A DNA stretch of 63,773 bases, filler included, from Reticulomyxa filosa (Eukaryota; Protista; Foraminifera), in assembly GCA_000512085.1 (NCBI GenBank). It is 20 parts of 20 records of this genome, joined end to end, with 100 filler letters (N's around TTAATTAATTAA, not from the genome) between each part and the next. Parts side by side here need not be neighbours in the genome. Positions count along the whole stretch, not along the records: positions 26,205 to 30,177 come from ASPP01027341.1; positions 30,278 to 31,277 come from ASPP01050527.1; positions 31,378 to 32,747 come from ASPP01025455.1; positions 32,848 to 40,192 come from ASPP01000164.1; 16 more parts are not named here. One strand, written 5' to 3'. Under the pieces are notes generated by a model. The model saw only the letters and a list, made by a program, of their open reading frames with translations. It had not been told where the DNA came from and did no database searches. Position 1 is the first letter of the stretch, and each line of letters starts with the position of its first letter. Positions 26,696-39,516 of the stretch are shown piece by piece. Made by a program: the position numbers and the translations under genes.

Positions 26696-27320
26696 TTAAC
26701 AAGTGAGTTCGGCCAAGAGGACCCAGCCTCGATAACCGGCCTGATGCATTGACGACATGTGGAGTATGTGCGATATTGTGAAATAGATGGTCTTTGCTGT
26801 CGATGTGGTTATTGGGCTGTGTGTGTGATGGCCAGAAACTCGTGTTTGATTTTCGTCGCCGCTTTTCATTAGAGCGACGTAACGTCTTTGAATTGCTGTC
26901 AATTCTTTCATCACTCTCACTGATTTTCCAATATCTTTCTCATTTACATTTGATGCATTTGATGTTTTTGTTATATTTAACAACGAGTCATCATCACACT
27001 CATTTCGACGTATTCGCGGTTACGTCGATATGTGTGGCTCTTCATTTGCTCGACGGGCTCTGAAGTCGGGGGTTTTGATGAGTTAAAGACCTAGAGCCAA
27101 CTGAGTTTTTTGAGGAACGACATTGCAAGACATTGTTCTCATTCTATCCGTTTGTCGATGTCTGCGAGTTTGTTTTTTCATTTTCTTCTTTGTTCTTTGT
27201 TCTTTGCTGGTTTGACTCGTGACGGGCTTGCCATGTCTTCATTCATATTCTTGCTCACACTCTTTATTGAAGAGCGCAGTCCATTTGCCATACTTGAACT
27301 CGATTGACCATTGCATCGAC
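26696..27320 (-). pseudogene. Decayed hydrophilic/coiled-coil gene fragment
   Basis: Coding-like frame (SSSSMANGLRSS...KLADIDKRIE; ELTAIQRRYVALMK) broken by several stops. Confidence 0.25.
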
Positions 27321-28355
27321 ATTTACTTTAAACGAAATTCTTTAATTTTTTTTTTTTGTTGAAGTGGGGATCAATGTAACAAGGACATGCAGGTCTGCTA
27401 AACTTTACAAGCGTATATAGGTTCAACTTTGTTTTGTTGTCGGTACTGGGTTGATTTCAACACAATAATATGGTGTCGCAACTAGCTTATAGTTTTCTCT
27501 TGTTGTTCGACCCACATGAAAAACTTGGTAATCCATGTTGCAGTGGACATGTTGAAAAGAGACAGAACTAAACAAAAAGTTTCATATAGAAACATAATAC
27601 AAGATTTTTCAATTTCTGTTGAATTTATAATTAAAACATTGGAGTATCTGTCTCAAAAGCAATTTTTATCAAAAAAAAATTGCACTGAAAAATAGCAATA
27701 AACTTTTTGACAAGGAAGGGACCCAAAAAAAAAAATATTTATATTTTGACTGTCAAACTTGTCCTTCGTCTTTTTTTTATAGTTAAGTTCTTTGGCCAAA
27801 ATATTTCTTTAAGTGGTAGATCAAGTTAGCATACTGACTTTGCTCTACACACACCAAGACATGAGAGTTGGTCCACCCCCCCTCCCCCTCAACCCACTCA
27901 GCGCACACTATCCAACTTTACACACAATAAAAAAAAAATAGAAGACATAATTTACCATCAAATATAAATGGAGTGGGTGCTCTTACTCAACCTACTATAT
28001 CTTCATACAAGTTAAGACAAACAAAAAAAAATGTACAACAAAAATGCATGAGCCAATTTGCAAATTGGCTTTTTTTTTTTAGAGCCTCTAAATTTTTTTT
28101 TTTAATTAAAAAACAGTAGTGGTTACATTTTGATTTTGTGAACTTGTAGGACGCTGCAAAAGGTCAGCTTAACGTCCTTTAAATGTTTTCAGTCCCATGC
28201 AAGAGTTTTTTTTTTTTTTTTTTGTTGTACATACATTTTGATTTTTGTACTTATGGGATGCTGCAAATAGGTCAATTCTTGTCCACGTTGGAGCCACCAA
28301 TCCCTTACGTCCATTGATGTTGGCTGCATCCATGGGGCAATCCAAATAATAACGA

Positions 28356-30150
28356 GTGGGTATGCATGCCGAATGGGCAGGAATTGTCTGTTCGACAATG
28401 TGGGCGCCACAACATCACCGAACCACGGACCAAACGATTAATGACTTGGTCCAATCAGCCAAGATCATTGTCGTCGCTCCACCGACGTTGCATCCCAAGC
28501 AACGATTGCCGACGCAAAGGCAGACAAGTTTGGACACACAGACCAACTGCAGCGGCTCCAACAAAAAGGCCGACGAAGGTGCCAACGCGCGATCCCCAAC
28601 AAAATTATCAACAGAGTAAGTGTTTGTTTGTGATTACATGCACACTCCATTCTTTTATGATTTTTATAAAAATGCATTGGTTGACAAAAAAAATGATGAT
28701 TGAATAGGCTTACCAACATTGCTGCAAATAAAGGCACCAACTAGGCCGCCGGCAACAAGGCTAACTCGTAAACCTACTCGCTATTCTGCCAAAGTCCCCA
28801 ACAAGAGCACCAACTTTGCTCCCAGCCTTGTTGCCAATAAGAGCACCCACCAAAATTCCAATAAGACTGCCAACCAAAAAACAACTCCGTCGACCAGCTC
28901 GTAGACTCATTGGTCGTCATATCATAGTGTCCCTACCAATTACGTATTTGTTTTTTCCTTTTCCATCCACACAAATTTCTAACTTATTTTTGTGTGGACA
29001 AAATAGAGTACCAGCAACGATGCCAACCAGACGTCCAAAGGTTCCAACCAGCCTCTATCAATTAAGTCTTTTTTTTTTTTTTTACCTCCCACAAATTTAA
29101 AAATTATTCCTATGTTAACATAACAAAATAGAGTCCCGACAAAGATGCCAACCAGATCTCCAACAAAAGTGCCGATAAAGACGCCTACTCGTCCTCCAAC
29201 AAGAACGCCAACTCGTAGACACACTCGTCCTCCAACCAAAGCTCCTACCAAATATATTTTTTTACAATCATTTCTTTCTTGTTTTTTGAATAAAAGTGTT
29301 ATGAAACAAATGGCTATGCTTTTTTTTAAAAAACATAGAGTTCAACCTTGTTACCAACACTGACACCAACAAGAGGACCAACCAATGCTCCAACAAGATC
29401 GATCCATGCTCCAACAAGACCAATCGATGTTCCAAAGACAAATCAATGCTCCCACAAGACCAATGCTCCAACAAAACCACATACCAAAAGACCAACAAGA
29501 GTGCCAACGAGATTGCGACAAAAACATTAACAAGAAAGCCAACTCGTAGACCGGCTCGTCGTCCTACCAAGTACGTACTAGTTTTTTTCTTTTCCCTCCC
29601 ACAACTTTATCAATCATTTTTGTGTGAACATGGAAAAAATAGAGTCCCAACAAATGTGCCAACCAGACCAGACCTCCAACAAAAGTACCAATTTGTCGCC
29701 CAACAACTCGTCGTCCTACGAGAAGACCAACGAATGTCTCTCAATTCACTACAAGATTGCCTACGAGGGTTTGTGTTGCGCTTTTTTCTGTGAATATTTT
29801 ACGATTGAGTTTTGCAAGTATATTTTTAAATTTGTTTTTGCTTTTTTTTTTTATTAGACCGCCGACTCTTTTCCCAACACGGTCCACCGACGGTCTTATG
29901 GTCTTATTCACTCGTGTTCTCCAACAAGAGTGCCAACAAGGTATGATATTTTTTGATTCGATTATTTTTTGTATGAATGAATTGAATTGTTATTTTGGAA
30001 TGCGAAATCAAAAACTGTAACAAAAAAAAATTGATAATGAAATAGTTAAAAGATTTCCAACTTTATCACCGACAAAAGTACCAATTCGACCTCCAACAAG
30101 ACAACCAACAAGGCCACATACTCGTCTTCCAATCCGTAGCCACACAAAGT
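28356..30150 (+). pseudogene. Pro/Thr/Arg-rich (PTRxPT) mucin-like repeat gene built of duplicated exons, decayed
   Basis: Repeats such as MPTRSPTKVPIKTPTRPPTRTPTRRHTRPPTKAPTK and LTRKPTRRPARRPTK. About 8 similar exons starting atag|AGTnCC. Frameshifts and mutated donors are present. Confidence 0.7.
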
Positions 30151-30302
30151 ATATTTTTTTTTAACAATTATCATTTCNNNNNNNNNNNNNNNNNNNNNNN
30201 NNNNNNNNNNNNNNNNNNNNNTTAATTAATTAANNNNNNNNNNNNNNNNNNNNNNNNNNNNNNNNNNNNNNNNNNNNAATCGATTGCAAGTATAAAAATG
30301 AG

Positions 30303-30662
<360 letters not shown>

Positions 30663-31377
30663 GAGAACTTTCTGTGCTTGCTCGGCTAAGCAAATTAAAT
30701 CTCGATAGTCGGCATTGCAATGATAATACAGCGACTTATTTTGACAACAGTTGAAACTTCTACTAGCAATTGTCGTTGCTTACGCCAGTAATTTACACTG
30801 TCATTGGCATTGACATTGGAAATAGGATTACTACTGTCGCTGATATTTGCATTATTGACATTCTCATTGTTAGTAACATTGAGATTGGCATTGTAATTGA
30901 TATCGGCGTATGCATTCGTATTTGCATACAAATTCAAAATATGACTTGCTTTGCAATGGCAGCAACATTTGTGCTTGCCGTACTACTACTAGTATTAATA
31001 GTGGTATTGATTGCATGTGCGGCTGCTACAGACAAACTCTTGTATTTTGCTATAAAAGTATCTGTTTTACAAATGCACGAGCATTCCATCGATCATTGAA
31101 GAGATTTATTCTGACATTAACTTGATGATTGCCGAGTAAGTGTCTTGCTTGAGGTTCACATCTGTCTGGGACATACTACTAATGTTGTGCGGTTCGAGTT
31201 TTAAATCAGGTGGCAACTAGTTGCTATTGTAATTTGCATCGAACGATGTTTGCAAAGCGGAAACATCGACCACACATNNNNNNNNNNNNNNNNNNNNNNN
31301 NNNNNNNNNNNNNNNNNNNNNTTAATTAATTAANNNNNNNNNNNNNNNNNNNNNNNNNNNNNNNNNNNNNNNNNNNN

Positions 31378-32217
31378 TGGAGCCACACATGCCAAAGACA
31401 TGAATACATCGGAGTTGGAACACGTCACTCCAAGTTTGCAATATTCCAAGTTTTTTGATATGTGTGACAGTATTTTGGAAGATATCAGCGAGGTTTTGGG
31501 CCAATCTATGAGTTTACCTGTCATTTCTCTGGCTCAACAATGTATGAACACTGTCAAAGAGAATATTCAAAATAGTGGCCAAGATGTCAAAGCTTCTCTT
31601 CTTGACGCACTCATGAAACGGCTTCTGTGTATTGTTAAATCCAAATTGGATGCTGTTCGTGCTCTGCCACAAGCACTGCGTAATTTTCAAATTCATTTTT
31701 TTTCTTCTTATTTGAGACATATTTTTACAGTTAAAATTGAACTGATTCTATTATCTCAATAGTTTCACTTGTTCAATAACAAGCATTACTTTTTTAAAAA
31801 AAAAAAAAGAGCGTTGAAAAATTCTTGCTGCCAACAAAACTTACAAGTGTCCCGAACTTGAATCAAATTATATGGTTAGAGATACTTGCACAAGAACTTG
31901 AGAAAATAGCACAAGAAAAAAATATTGTTGATCTAAGCGAAAACACACAGGAAACATCCAGAGCTGTAATCGATGCAGATAAGGTAGCATTTACAGCAGA
32001 ATTGTCAAGCATTAAATCATTACTAGCTATTCACATGTTAAATTCAAGCCAAATAATTGAATTGATCAATGCAAAGAAATACGCAGAAGCAAATGAAAAG
32101 AGCATCCAGCTATATCAAAATTTCGCTTGTGTTGACGTCAAAATGCTAATTTTACTAATGAAATACAGGAGTCTTCATTTAGAAGACGAGCAAGTCAGTC
32201 ACTTTTTAAAGAAGTAA
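31378..32217 (+). CDS. Partial hypothetical alpha-helical protein
   Basis: Two coding-like ORFs (31400-about 31680 and 31825-32217) separated by an AT-rich intron-like gap. Splice phase could not be resolved. Confidence 0.4.
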
Positions 32218-32491
32218 ATAATGGAAACGATATATCTAGTCATGAAATAGGCGTTGTATCTGTTGCATAAACCTTTTCTAATTAAAAACCCCCATTTTTT
32301 CAAATGTTTTTTTGTCTGTTGTCAAATTGCATTCCTTACTCTTTTTGCAGTCATTAGCTTGTTTCATTTAGTATTTTAAGTGTAATCTATACTGTTATTT
32401 ATTGTTTTTTTTAAAATGTACTACATGGAAAAAAATGATTCACATTTTGTTTTCATCTCTATAAAAGAAATTAATGAATTTTTCAAATCAA

Positions 32492-32746
32492 TTATCCAGA
32501 AATGTTTGAAAAACATGCAAGTAAATTGGAATAAACCTGTCTAACCAGCAAAACATCCAAATGTTTGTACGAATAGTCGTCACTGATCCCCATAGTGACA
32601 TTTTGTTGAGTATACGACATTTTGGATTTGCAAAGTGTTCGAAACGAACCATGAATTTGTTTGACATCAAATTTGTCTTTTACAAATTGAAAAATGGCAG
32701 CGACATTATTTGGTGTGAGACCACCAGCAACACAGACAACACAACC
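32492..32746 (-). CDS. cutC: Copper homeostasis protein CutC, C-terminal exon (not in the ORF track)
   Basis: Manual translation: GCVVCVAGGLTPNNVAAIFQFVKDKFDVKQIHGSFRTLCKSKMSYTQQNVTMGISDDYSYKHLDVLLVRQVYSNLLACFSNISG*. It follows the CutC pattern GGG(I/V)..N...H.S.R...S.M......V.MG....(D/E)YS...D...VR. Confidence 0.75.
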   Translation of the reverse strand, partial: GCVVCVAGGLTPNNVAAIFQFVKDKFDVKQIHGSFRTLCKSKMSYTQQNVTMGISDDYSYKHLDVLLVRQVYSNLLACFSNISG

Positions 32747-33964
32747 GNNNNNNNNNNNNNNNNNNNNNNNNNNNNNNNNNNNNNNNNNNNNTTAATTAAT
32801 TAANNNNNNNNNNNNNNNNNNNNNNNNNNNNNNNNNNNNNNNNNNNNCAACATAAGGTCATAAAACATTCTTTGCACTTCGATGCTGATTTCCAAATTCC
32901 ACGCAAAAAAAAAATAGCCAGATCTTCGACAACTTTTCCTAAGGACATAACATTCTTGTGCAATCTGAAAATATAAGTTATAAAGTCCAACTAGTAACAT
33001 ATGATTATATAAAACAACGGAGATGTAAAACTGTATTTTAATAGATTGTGGGATTTGTGAGAAGACTAAGTGTAATACGAAAGGAACTTAGTTCCAAAAG
33101 AACAACTTCAGTAAAAGAAAGTAAATTAAAAAAGAATAATAACAACTAAAATGAAAGAAACAAGTACAACGAGAGAAAAGTGAGTTGTGTTGAGAAGAGA
33201 GTTTTAACCCAATGGGGGTCCCACCGTTCCGTTAGTAGTTGGGGATTTATAATAGTGACTTCCCCTACAAGATGATATGATGGAAGAATGCAAGATAGCA
33301 ACAACAGCAATAATAATCAAAAAATAAAGAGCAAATTAGAAGAAAGTAAAATCAATGAATTGAAGAATATAGAACAGGTACAAAAAAATCATTTTATTTT
33401 ATTTCATATCCCTTTATTTGAAATAATGAATAGGAACAATAGCAAGGGAATATAGTAAATGAAATTAATGGAAGCAACATAGAGTGTTCAAAAGGAAACT
33501 GTACTTTGAAAAGAAGAATGCATTTGGGTCATGACAACAGAGTTGATAATTTTTCATTGCATGAACAAACTTTTTATATCAAATAATTATTCAAAATTGA
33601 GTTTGATAGTTTAGATATATGTTAAACAAAACAATTTAATTTTGACATAATAAAATACAAAATTCATATAATTGGAAACAAGTGCCCGAAGTTATTTTTC
33701 TTCGTCTTCTTTATCTTGTCTCCAACAGCAAAAACAGGTATTTCTCACGAAAGTTATGTTAAAAAAAAGGAATGGTATTAGGTTTTTTTAAAAGTGTATT
33801 GAAAAGCTTTTTTTGGAATCAGTGTAATTATTGTTTTGTTTATCAAAATATGGAGCAATCAATAACTTTTTTTAAATCTTATGCAATATACGTTTTCTTT
33901 CTGCACTTAAGCAAAAAATTTTAAGCTGATCTTGCTCTGTTTTTGGAACACAATATAAGAATAT

Positions 33965-34110
33965 ATTATTTCAATGTCCAAAGATTTCTACATATTAGAT
34001 TGAACAAAAACTGCCATACCTAAATGGCACATATGAAGAGAATCGATTTTCTTCATGAAAAATAGCCACAAGTCTTGTAATTTTTAAATATGAAATTGGT
34101 TTTATAATAA
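33965..34110 (+). repeat. Left copy of a diverged inverted repeat
   Basis: acctaaatggcacatatgaagagaatcgattttcttcatgaaaaa...tttttaaatatgaaattggtttt aligns to the reverse complement of 39318-39516. Confidence 0.7.
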
Positions 34111-34413
34111 CTTTTTTCTAGAATGAGTTTTTTCAAAATTTCAAAATAACAATTAAAAATGTCAACGATAAAAAAAAATAAAATTTAAAAACTACAATAT
34201 TCGTAGATAGCCATATAAATTTTTTGTGAAATCTACTGTAGTATTAAAAACACTATGCGCTTTTCAAAACAGTTTTAATCATGCAACAAAGTAAGATAGA
34301 ACACCGTTCAATGTTTGCATTCAATCAAATTAAACAAATTTAATATCAACTTTTCTTTTGATCAAACTTTTCAAACAAAAACACTTTCCTTTCTTATTCG
34401 ACAAAACAGAAAA

Positions 34414-35586
34414 TTATCCCCAAATGCGAATGGGACCTTTGCGTGAACCATAACACAAATTCAAATTATATTTAACATTCTTTGTGTTGTTTTTTTTTCA
34501 ATAAAATAAATTTAAGACATAATATTCCATTATCTTCTTTATTTCCTTTGACCATATACAATTGATTCTTATTTGATCGAATATCCCAAAAACGAATTGT
34601 ATTATCACTTGATCCAGAACATATCACTCATAATCCAATGTTCATATCCTTTGAATACATTGAATTGTTTGGTTGTTTCAATATCCATATTCGAATGGTA
34701 TTATCAAATGATCCAGAACAAACTGTATATCCATTTCCACCAATCACACCAATATTATTCATTTTATTATTATCATTATTATTGTTATTGCTTTGCAATG
34801 GTGAAATATCTACACACCAAACACGACCTTCATGCCCATTAAAAACATGTAATGATTTGAATGTTTCAATATCCCATAAGCAAATTGTTTTGTCCCATGA
34901 TTCAGAACATAAGTATCTACCCCCCATAAATGGTGAAAATTCAATACCGTGCACATTAAATTTTTCTAATTGTTGACTATTTTTGATATCCCAAAAACGA
35001 ATAGTTTGATCATCTGATGAAGAACAAATGACATGATTACAATGATTATGGTAATGATATTGTGAAAATTTTACACAATACATATAACCTGAATGTCCAT
35101 TGAATAATTGAATTTGTTTTTTTGTTTCCATATTCCATACACGAACTGTTTTATCAATTGATCCTGAACAAATCAATTGATCATCACTATGTGCTGAATA
35201 ATCAATACTATTCACCCAATGTGTGTGTCCACGAAATCCTTTGAGCAATTTAGCTGACGAACAAAATGTATGAATAAAGATTGCAGTTGCCTGTGTCCAA
35301 GAGTAATTTTGAATAATAACAATAAAGAAATGTTTAAATAAACAAACGAAACATAAAATATTCAGCAACAAGCTTGTCAAAATCATGGATCCATCCTAAT
35401 TTAATGTTCAATATTCGAATCCAATATCTAATAATTACTTTATTTATTTCTTCTCCTGATAAATTTATCTTTAAATTACATACGACCAAATCTTAAAAGA
35501 AACGAGCTTTCTGAAGAATGAATTGAAATGAAACTTACATTTGGTAGTTGTGTTGGGGTAACTTTTTTACTGATAGGGTTGCCCAT
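34414..35586 (-). pseudogene. Expanded-family WD40-repeat gene, decayed
   Basis: Exon 1 MGNPISKKVTPTQLPN|gtaag; module EEINKVIIRYWIRILNIKLGWIHDFDKLVAEY; WD repeats FRGHTHWVNSIDY...SGSIDKTVRVWN, FNGH...TIRFWD; terminal GPIRIWG*. The expected donor after the module reads TT, and there are frameshifts and deletions in the 3' part. Confidence 0.85.
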
Positions 35587-36622
35587 TTTTCAACTTCTGA
35601 TGAAGGCAAACGCAGATTAAAAAATTTGGAACTTTTTTTAACTACGAAGGGGTTCGCCAAAACCACATAACCACAATAAAAGTGTAAAACAAAGATGATT
35701 TATGTTACCCGTTTGTTTTTATTTTTAATTTTTGGTATTTCAAGGCAACTATGGAAGTTGCTGATCAATTGAAAGTAAGTTGAAAAGTTTTAACTTTTTA
35801 AAAAACTTTGAAATTTTTTTGTACGTTTTTAAAAAAAAGGATAATTATTTAAAGTAATAAAAAAAAATATGCTGCAGTTATCAACCTCATCATTAGAAGC
35901 ATTAAAATACTTGTAAAGTATCATAATAAATATTTAATACAAACATATTCTGCTAATAAACACACGTACATTTACTACGTGAGCCAGTGCCTTAATGAGA
36001 TCAGCAGATGTAAGAGTAACATGCTAACTATGTACTACATCAACACTTTTTTCAAATGTTGCTTATTGGTTTAGTACATAACATATATACTTCTGAGTTA
36101 TATTATAATATACGACCACATGAATTAAGCTTTTTTTTTATAGATCTAAGAGTAATTTTGTCTTTTTTTCTCCGAAATTTTGAACAATAGCAAAATTTTT
36201 TTTATCAATTTGCGACTGTTACCTTCAAACAAAGATCAGTTCACTTATTTCTATTTGGAAAAGGATAGAAACGATTATGTACAAATTTAATGACAAATTT
36301 AACACGTACATTGAAGATATGACGCAATAAACTTCTGGTATGCGTTTGCACAAAAATCATATTTGTGTATTCGAATTGTTATGATATCATGATATATCTG
36401 TCAGTCAGAAAAACAAAAACTATTTTTTAAATTCTCACCAAATACTCCTGTCTGTAAAGAAAACGATAACTACTTTTAACAACAGTCACTTTCTAAGATA
36501 ACGAAAATTTTGATCGTTCAGTAGGAAGGTAAACTTAAAAAAACTCAAATAATTCTGGTTGTCATACTATTTATCAAGTGAAAAAATTATAAGAAAACTT
36601 CATTCGTTTTATCTTCTCAAAA

Positions 36623-38719
36623 ATGGATATAGCTGATATGAAAGCAGAAGGAATCACAAACATGGAACCTGCAAGCCCTTTTCAAACTCTGGCTTCTCTG
36701 TCAGTTCTGTTTAGTTTTGTGCAATGCATAGCTTACAAAAATGAAATCATCATTTATGGTGGTAATATTGGCAAATGTTTTTCCTATTATATGGTCAAAA
36801 ATCAGTACAAGTTCGTTTGTTCTTATCCAAAAGATCACTCGTTTGAATACGGCTTGATAAAGTATGTAGATAACAGTAATGACAAAAATGAGCTTACTTT
36901 ATTATGTTTTAGCGAGGAAAATGAATTGAGGACAAAACATACGTTAGCGATGAGCTATAAAAGTGTTTGGGAAGATAATGAGACTAATGAAAAAGGAAGT
37001 TATAATAAATGGATTCCTTTTAAAAAAAATAATAAAAAGATTTCCATTAATAGAAGTGATGCTAATTATGTTGGTGCACGATCAGTTATTAGTGGGAGTG
37101 CTGATTATTTGTTATTCATCACTTATTATCCAAATGATATTAGCGTGTTCAATTTAAAAACATTTCAATATATTAAAGATGATATTCTACCAGTTGGTTG
37201 TCAAATCGAGTTTCATTGCTTTGTGGTAAAGAATAAACAAGCAAAATGAAATGATGTTATTTTATAATAATATAGGATTATTAATTAAATACGATGAAAA
37301 TAAAAATATCTTTGAATATCATAAAGTACGAGTTTGTGCAACGATTAAAATATCCATTAGCTGTGTTTATGTTTGTGTTAATGATGCAATCTTGTTTTTT
37401 GGTGATTCAAAACATGTTCACAAATATTTGATGACTGAAAACAAATGGATGCGATGTTAACAAACTTTCCCAATTGCGCCGTATTAGATGAAAGTAATAC
37501 ATATGTGCACATTTTTGGACGGACAAGAAAGGATCCTAATTCACTAGTACATATAAAAACAACAGCGAATGAATGGATGAAAGAAGATCAGCGATGGATC
37601 GTCGAAGATAAAGAAACAATAGAAAGTGAGGAAATATGCATAGAGTTGGAAGAAATGGATGACGAAATAAATATTAATCAATTGAAAAAAACAAAAAAAG
37701 TTGAGACAATAATTCAATATTGGTTTCGGTCATTGTTAATTGATAAAACGGGATGGATTAATGAATTTGATGTCATCATTTTACGATATATTTTGGTTTC
37801 GTTTTTTTTTTTTTTTGATTTTACATGTTTTATATGCAACACATAAAACAAAAGATTTAACAAAAATAGCTAAAATATTTCAAACTGTCAAGAGTACTTA
37901 AAGGGCACATCGATGTGGTAAACAGTGTAAAATTCTCATTTGATGGTATCAAAATGGTTTCTTCTTCGGGTGATTGAATCTAGAAAAGAAATTCGACAAC
38001 TGAAAGGACATTCAAATTCTGTTGTTGATGCAAAATTTTCACCAGATGGAACTATGATTGTGTCAGGTCTGATGACAAAAGTATTCGATTGTGAGATATA
38101 AAATCTGGAAATGAAATAAGACAAATGAGGGGACACACAAATCGTGTAACAAGTACACAGTTTTCACCAGATGGAAATCTGGATCATATGATGGCACAAT
38201 TAGAATATGGAATGTAAATTCTGGACAAGAGATTTACACATTATCGAACCATTTTAAGTTGATATATGATGTGCAATTTTCACCAAATGGTCAACAACTT
38301 GTATCAGTCTCAAATGAGTCAACGATTAAAATTTGGGATTTGAAAACTGGTGATATAGTATGTGGTTTGGAGGAGCATATGAATTATGTGATAAAAGCAC
38401 AGTTTTCTCCTAATGGTCGATTTATTCTTGTTCAATGGATGAAGCAATTTGTATATGGGATGTAGCGACAAAAACAAATGTAAATGTATTTAATGAATAT
38501 GGTTTTGTGAATGATATAAAGTATTTTCCAGATGGACAAACTTTTATCTCATGTACAGGTGATAATACAATTAATTTGTGGGACATTCAATTAGGAACAA
38601 AAATACAAAAGCTAAAAGGGCATTCAAGTAATGTAAGAGGAGTGGGTACATCACCAGACGGAAATATTATTGCTTCGTCTTTTGATGATGGAACAATTCG
38701 ACTGTGGATGCCAGCATAA
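36623..38719 (+). pseudogene. Kelch-like propeller + IIxxWxR module + WD40 propeller gene, decayed
   Basis: Kelch-like: PFQTLASL...QCIAYKNEIIIYGG...YVGARSVISG...ILFFGD...YVHIFG. Module: IIQYWFRSLLIDKTGWINEFDVIILRYIL|gt. WD: LKGHSNSVVDAKFSPDG, VQFSPNG...TIKIWD, DDGTIRLW. Stops and frameshifts near 37249, 37450, 38090 and 38430. Confidence 0.85.
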
Positions 38720-39317
38720 ACAAAATTTTTAAAATTGAGCAACTTTTGTGAGTTTTGTGCTGTTGTTATTATTATGTTATTTGAAGAATCAATCACTTTT
38801 TAGACAACAGATAGAAAGTTGTATCACCATCTTTTTTGTTTTTTTTCTGTTGTATGCAGTAGCTTACAAAAAATGATATACCTAAAATATTACCTATTAA
38901 ATCATAATTTTTAAACAAGATATTGGTTTTATTTTAAAAACAGCACATGTTGAAAAAAAACATAAAGATTACATACAATACGTCTAAGATTTCGATGTCT
39001 TTATTAAAGGTATTAAAAATATTTATAAAATAGCATTTAAATGGGTCATTTTCCAAACTAAAAAAAATAGAGAACTTTTGAATCTAAAAAATCCTTAAAG
39101 GATTTAACTAGTCCAAAAAAAGGAATTAATGGAGATAAATCATAATTGTTAAAAAATTTGAATATTTTATTGATTTTTTAGAAAAAGTTGATAATTGTGC
39201 TGTAACCATGAAATTTGCCAACTTTTTTGTAAGTATTTTCAGAAAGTGCTCAATGCGTAGATATTTAAAAAAAAATTAGCATTCTAAGTTGAGTAGTTTT
39301 TGAAATAATTAGTAAAG

Positions 39318-39516
39318 ATGTAATAAAAAACCAAAATGATATTTAAAAACTACACGATTCGTAGATATTTTAAAAAATTAGTTCTGAATGTTGTTTTTTC
39401 ATGAAGAAAATCAATCATCTCTATAGTGTGCCGTTTTAGGTGTCAACTTTCATTTTACTGTATTTGAATATATCATTAAAAAAGGTCAAAAGAAAACTTG
39501 TCGATATTGAAGATAT
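39318..39516 (-). repeat. Right copy of a diverged inverted repeat
   Basis: Reverse complement reads acctaaaacggcacactatagagatgattgattttcttcatgaaaaaa...gtagtttttaaatatcattttggtttt, homologous to 33965-34110. Confidence 0.7.

Noticed and set aside
33200-33270. GC-richer patch with GGGGA...TCCCC stem as a retroelement 5' ribozyme or small RNA
   Set aside because: Only a 5-bp stem, with no recognisable catalytic core and no second copy in the window.
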